A stretch of 64,000 bases of DNA from Dehalococcoidia bacterium (lineage in GTDB: Bacteria > Chloroflexota > Dehalococcoidia > Lucifugimonadales > Lucifugimonadaceae): positions 587,686-651,685 of the forward strand of contig OZ241990.1 in NCBI GenBank assembly GCA_965204425.1, in the 5' to 3' direction. Both the position numbers and the translations under genes were made by a program. The first letter of the stretch is position 1; each line of letters begins with the position of its first letter. Of the stretch, positions 1 through 9,038 are shown in pieces. The notes beneath the pieces are model-generated. The model searched no databases, was not told the DNA's origin, and worked only from the letters and a program-made list of their open reading frames with translations.

Positions 1-666
1 CACCGTCATGCCCAATCGATCCGCCATTCCATCGAACGGACGAGATACGAGCGGAAGATCATCTTGAAGTTCCCGCACGAATTCGATGTCTTGGTCGGTT
101 AAGTCAGTTGCTGCAGTCGGTACGTTGGCGGTTGTGCCATTTTTCGATCCGTTAGCGAATTGGGCGTCGGGAACGAAATAACTCGTCGCATTTGAAACGT
201 TGTTCACCATGTCGAAGTTGACGCCGATCTTGAAGAAACGGATCGTGGGCAATAGACGTGCAGTCTCGGCTCCGCATAGTCGCGTGAGTTTGTCAACTTC
301 CTGGCTGATATCCTTGCCCGGCGGCAATGCCAACGTGAACCACAGATTGAACTCGCCGTCTCGGGCGTAGTTGTGGCTGATTCCGGGATGGGCGTTGAGG
401 ATCTGTGCGCCGCGATCCAAGTCCTCATCCGAAAAACGCATCGCGACGAGAGTAGATGTGTAGCCTAGCCGCCTCGTATCGAATATCGCGCCGATCTGCC
501 TGACGACATTCTTGCGTTTGAGGATCCGTACCCGATCTATCACCTCAGATTCCCGGATTCCGCAACGATTGCCGATTTCCGTGAACGGTTCCCGAACTAG
601 CGGGAAGTCGGACTGCAAGATGTTCATCACCTCGCGGTCTACTGCGTCAAATTCGTCGCGATTCAA
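1..666 (-). CDS. siroheme decarboxylase-like protein with two fused Lrp/AsnC-type modules (AhbA/AhbB or NirDL-like); the 3' end runs off the window
   Basis: Absent from the ORF track because it has no stop codon inside the window. My own minus-strand translation gives ...AVDREVMNILQSDFPLVREPFTEIG...AHPGISHNYARDGEFNLWFTLALPP..., then a second module LTDQDIEFVRELQDDLPLVSRPFDGMADRLGMTV. SHNYxR..NLWF is the family signature. The start is uncertain: TTG 666, GTG 630 or ATG 627. Confidence 0.7.
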   Translation of the reverse strand, partial: MNRDEFDAVDREVMNILQSDFPLVREPFTEIGNRCGIRESEVIDRVRILKRKNVVRQIGAIFDTRRLGYTSTLVAMRFSDEDLDRGAQILNAHPGISHNYARDGEFNLWFTLALPPGKDISQEVDKLTRLCGAETARLLPTIRFFKIGVNFDMVNNVSNATSYFVPDAQFANGSKNGTTANVPTAATDLTDQDIEFVRELQDDLPLVSRPFDGMADRLGMTV

Positions 667-768
667 TCTAGAGAAGCGGTTTGGTATTCGATGGGAAGCC
701 CGAAACAGGGCTGGAATCCGATTATAAACCTGACCGATTCCGCAGTTCAGTTTGAGGAATCTCCCGCG

Positions 769-2124
769 TTATGCGCCACGTGAGCCCAAAACGTCGAGGG
801 CCATGGATGCGGCGAGATTGCCGCTCTGAACCGCGCCTTCCATGGTTGCAGGTAATGAGGTGTCGGTCCAATCACCCGCCAAAAACAAGCTGGGTCGACC
901 CGTCGATGGGCCGATCCGGTGTGCATCCGACTGGGGTGCGATCTTGATTGTGGCTTCCGGAGTTTTCACGACGGCGGAATTAACCAAGTTATTGCCTCTG
1001 GCATCAGGGAATACAGTCTGGATCTTCTCTTGAATTCGATGCAATATCGCATCTTTGGAAAGAGCGGCCCACTCATCCGCGCTGCTGAGTGAAATGACGA
1101 TGTGTTGCGCGTCATCTGAAGTCTTGCCCCGTAGTGCGGAGTCGTTAAACACCCATTGGAGACCCTGATCGACAAATGCTGTGAGACTCTCGCTCATGAT
1201 CGGCCGCTCGTACCAAAGATGAACTGCGACGATAGGGGAGTATTCAAATGCTTCGAGCGTCGATCTGATCCCCGCTATATCTGGATCATGGTCTGGCAGG
1301 ACCCTCGCCAACGCGTTCGGTGGCAGACAGGACACCACAGTTTTTGTGGTCAATGTCGTTCCGTCCGAGAGACGAACTTCGACTTCATCGTCGTCTAGAT
1401 TCAACGACTCGACACGGACGTTGGTTAAGAGATCTGCGCCTTTCGACCTCAAGAACGCCTCGGCCGGCTTTCCGATCAAAGTGGAGAGTCCCATCTTGGG
1501 GTAACCGATTGCGGCGTAGTCGGTCGGCCCTAACAGCGCGACACTGATGAACTGAATCGCTTCGTGGGCAGTCACGTCTTCGATACGGCAATTGAATACC
1601 GGAAGAATGAATAGGGACCAGAAGCGCGTTACTGCAGCCTCAGATTGACCGTGGTCGCGCAACCAACGAGCGAATGAAACTCGTTTCCTTTGGTCGGTTT
1701 CACTTTGGTCGGGACGTGACAACTTGATCGTGAACATCATCCGAGCGACCAAGATTCGATCTCTAATGCTTAAGTGCCTGTACCTGACCAGCGCGGCAAT
1801 GTTGCCGATCAGCCTGCTCGCCTTTAAGGAAGACACCGAGCCTTGGAAGGAAACGGGCACATCTAAGGTGCTTCCGAGTTCGATGTCATCACGAGTACCC
1901 AAAACATCGAGAAGATCCAGGAATTCGTGGCACACACCCAGGATCACGTGCTGACCGTTATCGATCTCTTCGTTGGTGTCGCGATCGATGAACGAGAATG
2001 CACGCCCGCCTAGGAACGGCCGTCGTTCGATCAGCGTAGGTGAAACTCCGTTTTGCAGTAATCGAACCGAGGCCGCAATCCCTGCGAGCCCACCGCCCAA
2101 TACGATGACGTCTTTTTCAGCCAA
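769..2124 (-). CDS. hpnE: hydroxysqualene dehydroxylase (FAD-dependent amine-oxidase/phytoene-desaturase family)
   Basis: 451 aa. N-terminal dinucleotide-binding fold VIVLGGGLAGIAASVRL...ERRPFLGGRA. Lies directly downstream of two squalene/phytoene-synthase paralogues. Confidence 0.8.
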   Translation of the reverse strand: MAEKDVIVLGGGLAGIAASVRLLQNGVSPTLIERRPFLGGRAFSFIDRDTNEEIDNGQHVILGVCHEFLDLLDVLGTRDDIELGSTLDVPVSFQGSVSSLKASRLIGNIAALVRYRHLSIRDRILVARMMFTIKLSRPDQSETDQRKRVSFARWLRDHGQSEAAVTRFWSLFILPVFNCRIEDVTAHEAIQFISVALLGPTDYAAIGYPKMGLSTLIGKPAEAFLRSKGADLLTNVRVESLNLDDDEVEVRLSDGTTLTTKTVVSCLPPNALARVLPDHDPDIAGIRSTLEAFEYSPIVAVHLWYERPIMSESLTAFVDQGLQWVFNDSALRGKTSDDAQHIVISLSSADEWAALSKDAILHRIQEKIQTVFPDARGNNLVNSAVVKTPEATIKIAPQSDAHRIGPSTGRPSLFLAGDWTDTSLPATMEGAVQSGNLAASMALDVLGSRGA

Positions 2125-2140
2125 ATCTGAACTTCAGGTT

Positions 2141-3061
2141 TCAGAGTTTCACGGACCGCAATGCCCACCGCCAGCCGGTTCCCAAGGTGATCGACAGCTT
2201 TTCAGAGGTCGACAAGCTGACGCGTCGCGAAAGCACATCTTCTTCGCTCTGCTCGATCTTGTCGAGGATTTTCGAGTAGAACCCGCTCATCAGTTCGAGG
2301 CACTGTCGTCCTCGGATCGCCAATGGGATTACGCGTTCACCGCTCTCGTAGTAACTGCGGGCTCGTTCCAATTGGTACTTCATCAATGCTCGGAAATTGT
2401 GAGTCGCATCCCCACCAGCGAACTCGGTTTCGTCAACATTAAATTTGCGCAGTTCGTCTTGCGGCAGGTAGACGCGTCCGTTGGCGTAGTCTTCGCGGAT
2501 GTCGCGAAGGATGTTGGTCAATTGAAAGGCGATGCCGAGATCATTGGCGTATTTGATTGCCACTCGATCGGTGTGACCGAAGATGCTGATGCAGATGATT
2601 CCGACAGCACTTGCGACACGGCGACAGTACACACTAAGGTCGTCGAAGGATTCGTAGCGATCCGTACCGATGTCCATCCGACATCCATCGATGACGTCTT
2701 CGAAGTACTTCTTGTCTAATCCGAATCGGTCAACCGCGTGATCCACGGCAGTGAAGATCGGATCACCCGCGTACCGTGTACTAGCAGCATCGTTTAAAGC
2801 CGATTGAACGACGTCCAATTCGGTGCTCGGATCACGGTCTGAGGCGGGTTCGTCAACGATGTCGTCGCACAACCGGCAAAAGGCGTAAGTGGCGTAAATC
2901 GCTTGTCGCAATTCGCGAGGGAGCGATAAAAAGCTGACGTAAAAGTTTGAACTCGCAGCGCGTGTCAAGCGAGCACATTCTTTATATGCGACCTTGATCT
3001 CTTTGTCTGTGGGCTTTCTCATGCAGATTCTGCGTTCAATCACACTTTTATCGCTCACCAA
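2141..3061 (-). CDS. hpnD: presqualene diphosphate synthase (squalene/phytoene synthase family)
   Basis: 306 aa. Motifs SNFYVSF...YAFCRLCDDIVDE and LTNILRDIREDYANGRVYLP. Overlaps the upstream paralogue by 14 nt; an alternative ATG lies at 3022. Confidence 0.8.
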   Translation of the reverse strand: MVSDKSVIERRICMRKPTDKEIKVAYKECARLTRAASSNFYVSFLSLPRELRQAIYATYAFCRLCDDIVDEPASDRDPSTELDVVQSALNDAASTRYAGDPIFTAVDHAVDRFGLDKKYFEDVIDGCRMDIGTDRYESFDDLSVYCRRVASAVGIICISIFGHTDRVAIKYANDLGIAFQLTNILRDIREDYANGRVYLPQDELRKFNVDETEFAGGDATHNFRALMKYQLERARSYYESGERVIPLAIRGRQCLELMSGFYSKILDKIEQSEEDVLSRRVSLSTSEKLSITLGTGWRWALRSVKL

Positions 3062-4004
3062 CCGCCAGAAACGCCTTTTCAGGCACGGGAGTCATTCCCA
3101 ACGTTTTCCTTGCGATAATGCTCGCCATAATCCGGAGCTTTCTCGACCGAGTAACGGTAGGGCGAACAGTAAGTGTGTCGTAATCGAGACCTTCAATGGA
3201 GTCGAGCACAGACAGGCCACCGGCGGTGATCGCCGCGAATTCAAGCTTGAAATCTCGGCGGAGATGACCGTAAAGTTCGTTGCCGACTTTGAACATCTCG
3301 CGAGTGCGTTCGACCTGAAACTTCATCAACTCGCGAAACGCATCGGTAGGGGTCCGGTCGCGTATCGTCGAAACGTCGACGCCGTAATGCGCAAGGTCGG
3401 CTTTCGGAATGTAAACACGCCCTTTGGCAAAATCGCGCACAACATCTTGCCAAAAATTGGCTAGCTGTAATGCGATGCATGTTTGGTCCGAAAGCGCTGC
3501 TGTTTGATTCGAGTAACGACCAACGACGTAGAGGACGAGGTGGCCAACCGGCGTTGCCGAATAGGTGCAGTACTCTTTCAACGCTTCGAAGTCTTCGTAT
3601 TCGGTGTACCGCTGATCGCGGCGATTGGCCTCAATCAAGCGTTGGAATGGCTTGGGAGGGATATCGAATTCGCGAATCGTATGCTGCAATGCTTGAAACC
3701 ACACCAGATTAGGTTCCCCGTCATAGCACAGCATCAATTCCTCGTCCCAACGATCCAACAAGCCGAGACGATCCCCTTCAACCTCGTCACCTAGGTCGTC
3801 GACCAACCGGCAGAAAGCGTAGATGGAGTAGAAGTGGGGGCGAATTTGGCGTCTGACAAAGCGGCTCCCTACGTTGAAGTTCTCGTAGCTGCTGTTCGCT
3901 AGTCGACGACAAGCCTCGTAGGCCGAAGGGATGTCCGGAGCGTTGCCGGTGAGATGTGTTGCTGCATTCATATGGAGGCCCGCCTCGACCGCGGCATATT
4001 GCAA
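3048..4004 (-). CDS. hpnC: hydroxysqualene synthase (squalene/phytoene synthase family)
   Basis: 318 aa. Motifs YENFNVGSRF...YAFCRLVDDLGDE and QLANFWQDVVRDFAKGRVYIP. The ATG lies 4 nt after the upstream stop. Confidence 0.75.
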   Translation of the reverse strand: MQYAAVEAGLHMNAATHLTGNAPDIPSAYEACRRLANSSYENFNVGSRFVRRQIRPHFYSIYAFCRLVDDLGDEVEGDRLGLLDRWDEELMLCYDGEPNLVWFQALQHTIREFDIPPKPFQRLIEANRRDQRYTEYEDFEALKEYCTYSATPVGHLVLYVVGRYSNQTAALSDQTCIALQLANFWQDVVRDFAKGRVYIPKADLAHYGVDVSTIRDRTPTDAFRELMKFQVERTREMFKVGNELYGHLRRDFKLEFAAITAGGLSVLDSIEGLDYDTLTVRPTVTRSRKLRIMASIIARKTLGMTPVPEKAFLAVGER

Positions 4005-4007
4005 AGA

Positions 4008-5060
4008 TCATGAACTACGTTCGACGAGAAATTCGCCTAACTCGATAAAGTCATTGCGGATCTCGTGGTCGATGTCGATGCCATCGATGATTTCGGCAGC
4101 GGCTGACCAGTGTTTTTTCGACATCGCGTCACAGAATTCATAGGTTTCTTGATCAGCCATGATCTGGAGGACGTCCTCGACATCATGGCCGTCGAGTTCG
4201 GGTTTCTGGTAAATCGACCGTATTCTTTCGTATGCGATGCCCGTCGATGCGGCGATGGCATGAACCGCGGGAAGGGACTTTTTCTTGTTGTAGATGTCGC
4301 CACATACGGGTTTGCCGGTTTCATCACTGCCCCAGACTCCCAGTATGTCGTCACGGATCTGAAATAGCCTCCCGAACTGGTATCCGACGTTTCTTAACCC
4401 TTCGGAAATCGTTGAGTCGCCGTCACCATCCGCAGCCACCAAGGCCCCGGCGTACAGGCTGGTCTCTATCAAAGCGCCCGTTTTGCGCTCGATCATTGCG
4501 AGATATTCTTCGATCGAGACGGCATCGCGCTGCTCGAACGAAATATCCATGTATTGACCCTCAATCATCCGCATGTAGGCGTCGGTGATTAGGTGTTGTG
4601 CCACGGTGCTTTTGTCGAGATCAACTCCAACTTCTAACAACCGCGTGGCGCATCGATCAGCGACCTTCAACATCGTATTGCCTGAAATAATCGCTGTCGG
4701 GTCGCCCCAGACAACCCAAATCGTCTGACGATGATGTCGAAACCGATCACGATCTTCAATGTCGTCGTGGATTAACGAGAAGTTGTGAACGTACTCGAGC
4801 GCGGTGGCGATCGGCAATGCGCGTCTAATATCGCCGTCGGCAGCGTTAGCCCCGAGCAAGGCTATAGTGGGCCTGAGTCGCTTGCCCTCGGTGGCGAGGA
4901 TGGTCGAACCACATTCGTCCGCCCAACCCATGTGATAACGGTGAATGTCGCTTAGTTCGGACGTGTGATTCTCTAATTCAGTTCGCAGCGCTCGATCGAT
5001 CACAGGTTGGTATCGATCGAAAAAAGCAGGTAGTTGGGTGCGTTCTGTAATAGCCGGCAT
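4008..5060 (-). CDS. polyprenyl diphosphate synthase (FPP/GGPP synthase family)
   Basis: First Asp-rich motif LIHDDIEDRD and second FQIRDDILG. The ORF track extends to TTG 5144, but that extension overlaps the hairpin after hsp20. ATG 5060 (or 5114/5111) is preferred. Confidence 0.8.
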   Translation of the reverse strand: MPAITERTQLPAFFDRYQPVIDRALRTELENHTSELSDIHRYHMGWADECGSTILATEGKRLRPTIALLGANAADGDIRRALPIATALEYVHNFSLIHDDIEDRDRFRHHRQTIWVVWGDPTAIISGNTMLKVADRCATRLLEVGVDLDKSTVAQHLITDAYMRMIEGQYMDISFEQRDAVSIEEYLAMIERKTGALIETSLYAGALVAADGDGDSTISEGLRNVGYQFGRLFQIRDDILGVWGSDETGKPVCGDIYNKKKSLPAVHAIAASTGIAYERIRSIYQKPELDGHDVEDVLQIMADQETYEFCDAMSKKHWSAAAEIIDGIDIDHEIRNDFIELGEFLVERSS

Positions 5061-5187
5061 TTGAGTAGAAATAGTGATACGCAATATCAATATTACGCAA
5101 CAAAACGCCATCATTTTAGTCGCCAACGCGACGACGCCCCGCAATTTAGCAGGGCGTCATCGTCAATGGAGGTTTGTTGCTGCGAGT

Positions 5188-5613
5188 TTAGGCTGCGATT
5201 GCTAATCGCTTGGGCTGTCCTGTTTCGTTCTTTGGCAGCTCGATCTTCAGGACTCCGTCCTGGTAACCGGTTTTGGCACCGTCGATGTCGACGCCATCAG
5301 GGATACGTAGAGCCCGATAGAACTTGCCTGATCGGCGCTCGCGAACCAGATAACGACCGTCTTCATTCGTCTCTTCTGTGGACTGCGTCGCTGCGATCTT
5401 CAAGACGCCATCGTCTACAGTCACATCGATATCATCGACGTTGTATCCGGGTAGCGACGCCTCGATGGTGTAGTTGTCTGCGTTCTGGATCACGTCCACG
5501 CCGAGACGGAACGGGGTGTTGGAACGGACCTTCACAGGTGTGTGATCGGCCCAGAAATCTAACGGCCAACCAACGGTGCGAGGGAAGCGGTTCCAACGGG
5601 TCAGTGATGTCAT
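5188..5613 (-). CDS. small heat-shock protein, Hsp20/alpha-crystallin family
   Basis: 141 aa. Alpha-crystallin domain ...VDVIQNADNYTIEASLPGYNVDDIDVTVDDGVLKI...GVLKIELPK. Confidence 0.85.
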   Translation of the reverse strand: MTSLTRWNRFPRTVGWPLDFWADHTPVKVRSNTPFRLGVDVIQNADNYTIEASLPGYNVDDIDVTVDDGVLKIAATQSTEETNEDGRYLVRERRSGKFYRALRIPDGVDIDGAKTGYQDGVLKIELPKNETGQPKRLAIAA

Positions 5614-5722
5614 GTATTTCTCCTTGTTCTTGGATTGTGATCACTTACATGGTGTCAATGATAAAACTAGATACGCTTAATATCAAGTTTCATTGCCAAG
5701 GTGTTACAATAAGGATCAAGAC

Positions 5723-5769
5723 ACACATCAATCGAACACCTACAATCGCCTTTCGATAGGTTGATGTGT
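5723..5769 (+). promoter_or_regulatory. imperfect inverted repeat / possible 5'-UTR stem-loop between hsp20 and the Clp ATPase gene
   Basis: ACACATCAA (5723-5731) pairs with TTGATGTGT (5761-5769). TCGA (5732-5735) pairs with TCGA (5753-5756). The structure ends 22 nt before the ATG at 5792 and just upstream of AAGGAAAAAG. Confidence 0.35.
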
Positions 5770-5791
5770 CACTCGACGAACAAGGAAAAAG

Positions 5792-8164
5792 ATGACGATT
5801 TCACCCGAAAACTTCACTCACGGCGCCCGGGCCATCATTCAGGCGGCATTCCAGATCGCCGTTCAACACAAGGACGTTCAACTGGACGTCGAGCACATCT
5901 TGATTGCGATGGCGGATGCGAACGAAGGTCCAATAACTGAAATTCTGTCGAACCTAGAAATAGATTCTGAGAACCTGCGCACCGATGTCTCAAGGCTTCT
6001 TGAACTCAAACCCAGAGGTATTCCGCGCGTCCGCGGCAACCAGGTCCAGATTTATCCCACGCCGCGAGCGGACAACGTGATGATCAAGGCTCAGTCGATC
6101 CAGCGGAAGACGTTCCGCGACGATTTGATGAGTGTTGACCACTTGTTGATCGCGATCGTGGAAGAGGCGGACGGCGAATTGGCCAAACTCCTTGCTAAGC
6201 ATCGCATCACCTCGGATCGCGTTTATGTCGCCGTTCACCAGGTACGAGGCGCAGCGCGTGTCACGTCACCCGATGCTGAGCAGGCTTATGGGATCCTGCG
6301 GAAATACACGACCGATCTGACACAACTCGCTCGTGAAGGGAAGCTAGACCCCATCGTCGGTCGAGATCCAGAAATCAAGCGAGTGATGCAGACGCTGACG
6401 CGACGCAGCAAGAACAATCCAGTCCTGATTGGCGACGCAGGAGTGGGTAAGACCGCCATTGTAGAAGGATTGGCGTTGATGCTCGTGAGTGGCGATGTGC
6501 CATCGATGCTGGCCGGGAAACGCGTGTTGGCCCTCAGCATCGGCGTCCTACTCGCAGGTGCGAAATTCCGCGGCGAATTCGAAGAGCGTCTAAAGGGCGT
6601 CATCGATGAAGCTCAAGCGTCAGCAGGGGAGATCATACTTTTCGTAGATGAGTTGCATTCCATGGTCGGCGCCGGAACAGGAAGCGATGGTTCGCTGGAC
6701 GCAGCGAACATGATGAAACCCGCACTTGCTCGGGGAGAGCTTCAAGTAGTGGGAGCGACGACGCCAGAAGAGTATCGGCGCTTCATTGAGAAAGACTCCG
6801 CGCTCGAACGTAGATTCACGCCGATCTGGGTCGAAGAGCCAAATGAGGATTCTGCGGTCGAGATGTTGAAGGCCCTCCGCAAGAACTACGAAGCGCATCA
6901 CCGCGTCGAATTGACCGATGACGCGTTGAAGGCAGCGGCTCGGCTAAGCGACCGTTACATCACAGATCGTCAATTGCCGGACAAAGCTGTCGACTTGATT
7001 GACGAAGCTGCTGCGAAGGCGCGTATCGAACGTGCGCCCGTCGTCGCTGTCGATGAAAACGGCGAGCAGATGGAACCCGAGCCACTGCTTATTGATGAGG
7101 CAGACATCGCGGCATTGATTTCTGAGCGGATAGGTGTTCCTCTTGATCAACTAGTCGAAGAAGAAGTCGACAAACTGCTCAAGCTTGAGGATCGTCTCCA
7201 CGAACGAGTAATAGGGCAGGACAGAGCAGTTGGCACGCTCGCTGACGCGGTTCGCCGCGGTCGAATTGGACTAAAGGACGCGAGCCGCCCGACGGGCGTA
7301 TTCCTGTTTATGGGTCCGACTGGTGTTGGCAAGACTGAGTTGGCGAAAGCGTTAGCTGAGTTCATGTTCGACGACCCGAACCACATGATCCGATTGGATA
7401 TGTCCGAATTCGAAGAACGTCATTCGATTTCGAGAATGATCGGCGCTCCCCCTGGATATATCGGATACGACGACGCTGGTCAACTGACGGAGGCAGTTCG
7501 CCGCCGCCCATACTCCGTAATTCTCTTGGACGAAATCGAAAAGGCGCACTCGAATATCTACGACAGCATGTTGCAGATCTTCGATGATGGCAGATTGACC
7601 GACGGACACGGACGCACGGTCGACTTCACCAACACCATCATCATCATGACCAGCAACCTCGGGACTGCGGATCAACGACGCGGTGAACTCGGATTCGGGA
7701 TCGGTCGCGACGAATCTCGGACTAACGGTTTCGATTCTCCGGGGCTGACGGATCGACATCAAACTGCGCTGAACTCGAGATTCGCACCAGAGTTTTTGAA
7801 CCGCATCGACGAGATTGTGGTATTCGATGCGCTGGGTAGATCTGAGATCGATCAGATCGTTACTAAGTTCATTCGCCAGGTCGAAGATCGGCTGGAGGAC
7901 AGAGGTATCACGATTGAATTGACGGACGAAGCGAAAGGATGGGTGGCCGGGCGTGGTTACGACACGTGGATGGGTGCTCGACCGATGGCTAGAGCGATCC
8001 AACGACACATCGAATCGCCACTGGCCCTTGAACTCATTAAAGGTGATATTAGTAACGGGACGCACGTAGTAATCGACGTTACAGATGATCAAGTATTGTT
8101 CAAAACCGTCGAAATTGATTTGTTTGAAACGGCATCGGAATCTGGCGATTTAATCACGGTGTGA
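5792..8164 (+). CDS. Clp/Hsp100 AAA+ unfoldase with two nucleotide-binding domains, ClpA/ClpC-like (no coiled-coil M domain)
   Basis: 790 aa. Clp N-domain repeats. Walker A GDAGVGKT and GPTGVGKT. Only about 22 aa separate [19 protein letters not shown] from the D2 lead-in [17 protein letters not shown]. An LGF tripeptide (GELGFGIG) sits where ClpA/ClpC carry the ClpP-docking loop. Confidence 0.85.
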   Translation: MTISPENFTHGARAIIQAAFQIAVQHKDVQLDVEHILIAMADANEGPITEILSNLEIDSENLRTDVSRLLELKPRGIPRVRGNQVQIYPTPRADNVMIKAQSIQRKTFRDDLMSVDHLLIAIVEEADGELAKLLAKHRITSDRVYVAVHQVRGAARVTSPDAEQAYGILRKYTTDLTQLAREGKLDPIVGRDPEIKRVMQTLTRRSKNNPVLIGDAGVGKTAIVEGLALMLVSGDVPSMLAGKRVLALSIGVLLAGAKFRGEFEERLKGVIDEAQASAGEIILFVDELHSMVGAGTGSDGSLDAANMMKPALARGELQVVGATTPEEYRRFIEKDSALERRFTPIWVEEPNEDSAVEMLKALRKNYEAHHRVELTDDALKAAARLSDRYITDRQLPDKAVDLIDEAAAKARIERAPVVAVDENGEQMEPEPLLIDEADIAALISERIGVPLDQLVEEEVDKLLKLEDRLHERVIGQDRAVGTLADAVRRGRIGLKDASRPTGVFLFMGPTGVGKTELAKALAEFMFDDPNHMIRLDMSEFEERHSISRMIGAPPGYIGYDDAGQLTEAVRRRPYSVILLDEIEKAHSNIYDSMLQIFDDGRLTDGHGRTVDFTNTIIIMTSNLGTADQRRGELGFGIGRDESRTNGFDSPGLTDRHQTALNSRFAPEFLNRIDEIVVFDALGRSEIDQIVTKFIRQVEDRLEDRGITIELTDEAKGWVAGRGYDTWMGARPMARAIQRHIESPLALELIKGDISNGTHVVIDVTDDQVLFKTVEIDLFETASESGDLITV

Positions 8165-8195
8165 ATAGATCGCCCGATTACAATAATCGAGGATT

Positions 8196-8233
8196 GGCCT
8201 AACCCGGATATCCTTACTATCGCCGGGTTGGCC
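8196..8233 (+). terminator. GC-rich stem-loop after the Clp gene (no clear U-tract)
   Basis: GGCCTAACCCGG (8196-8207) pairs with CCGGGTTGGCC (8223-8233) with one bulge. No T-run follows, so a terminator function is doubtful. Confidence 0.3.
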
Positions 8234-8244
8234 ACCTCGGGTTG

Positions 8245-8916
8245 ATGGCAAGAGACGACGAACTAACGGTCGACAAATTGACCGTCGAAACCGTCAGTTC
8301 AGATGGGAAGCCATCTGGTGGTATCGGCGAGTCATTACTCGGATTACTGTCCAAACATCCCAAATGGGTCCAAGCGGGCATTTGGACTGTCGTAATCGGT
8401 TCAACCATCGTCGGCGTCGTTCTGTCGATTGGCGGATATCTGCACGTCAGCGATGCGGGTTATCTGGCAACGTTCTACCTGAACCTGATCGGTGCGGCGA
8501 CCATCATATTGCCGTTGCCCGGGGTATTGGCTGCGTGTGTGGCTGCCGAGTCATCATTTGGTTTGAATCTGATCCTCATCGGATTGGTGGGAGCAGCGGG
8601 AGCCACTATCGGCGAGACCACGGCGTATCTAGCCGGTTTCGCGGGCCACAATGCAGTAACGAATCTGCGCTGGTATCCGAAAATCCACGATCTGATGGAA
8701 CGCAGAGGTGGGATAACCCTGTTTCTCCTTTCGATCATTCCAACGCCATTCTTCGACTTGGCGGGAATCGCAGCGGGAGCGTTGAACTATCCGTTCCGGA
8801 AGTTTTTGGTCTACATACTCGCGGGCAAGGCTATCCGATTGACGTTAATGGCATACGCATGCCGCCAAGGGATCGATTGGCTGAAGACGTTCTACGAATT
8901 CAACTGGCCACTGTGA
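8245..8916 (+). CDS. DedA/YqaA-type VTT-domain membrane protein
   Basis: About 223 aa and multi-TM. Motifs ...ILPLPGVLAACVAA..., GETTAYLAGF, LLSIIPTPFFDLAGIAAG. ATG 8245 is preferred over TTG 8242. Confidence 0.6.
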   Translation: MARDDELTVDKLTVETVSSDGKPSGGIGESLLGLLSKHPKWVQAGIWTVVIGSTIVGVVLSIGGYLHVSDAGYLATFYLNLIGAATIILPLPGVLAACVAAESSFGLNLILIGLVGAAGATIGETTAYLAGFAGHNAVTNLRWYPKIHDLMERRGGITLFLLSIIPTPFFDLAGIAAGALNYPFRKFLVYILAGKAIRLTLMAYACRQGIDWLKTFYEFNWPL

Positions 8917-9038
8917 TAATTGGTGGACGGACCTTACGAAGCGCGTATTGACGGATTCACCAAACCGAAACCAATTCATCCTCTGCCGGGATCGCAATCC
9001 TGCCCTCCTCTGATCAAAATCTGAGCACATCGGCTGTG

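Noticed and set aside
5129-5165. Hairpin after hsp20 as an intrinsic terminator
   Set aside because: It has only a 7-bp GC stem (GACGCCC/GGGCGTC) with a 12-nt loop, and no U-tract on the minus strand. It is too weak to call.
5792-8164. Straight annotation as the ClpB disaggregase
   Set aside because: The coiled-coil middle domain that defines ClpB is missing, and an LGF loop is present. It is therefore called a ClpA/ClpC-like unfoldase instead.
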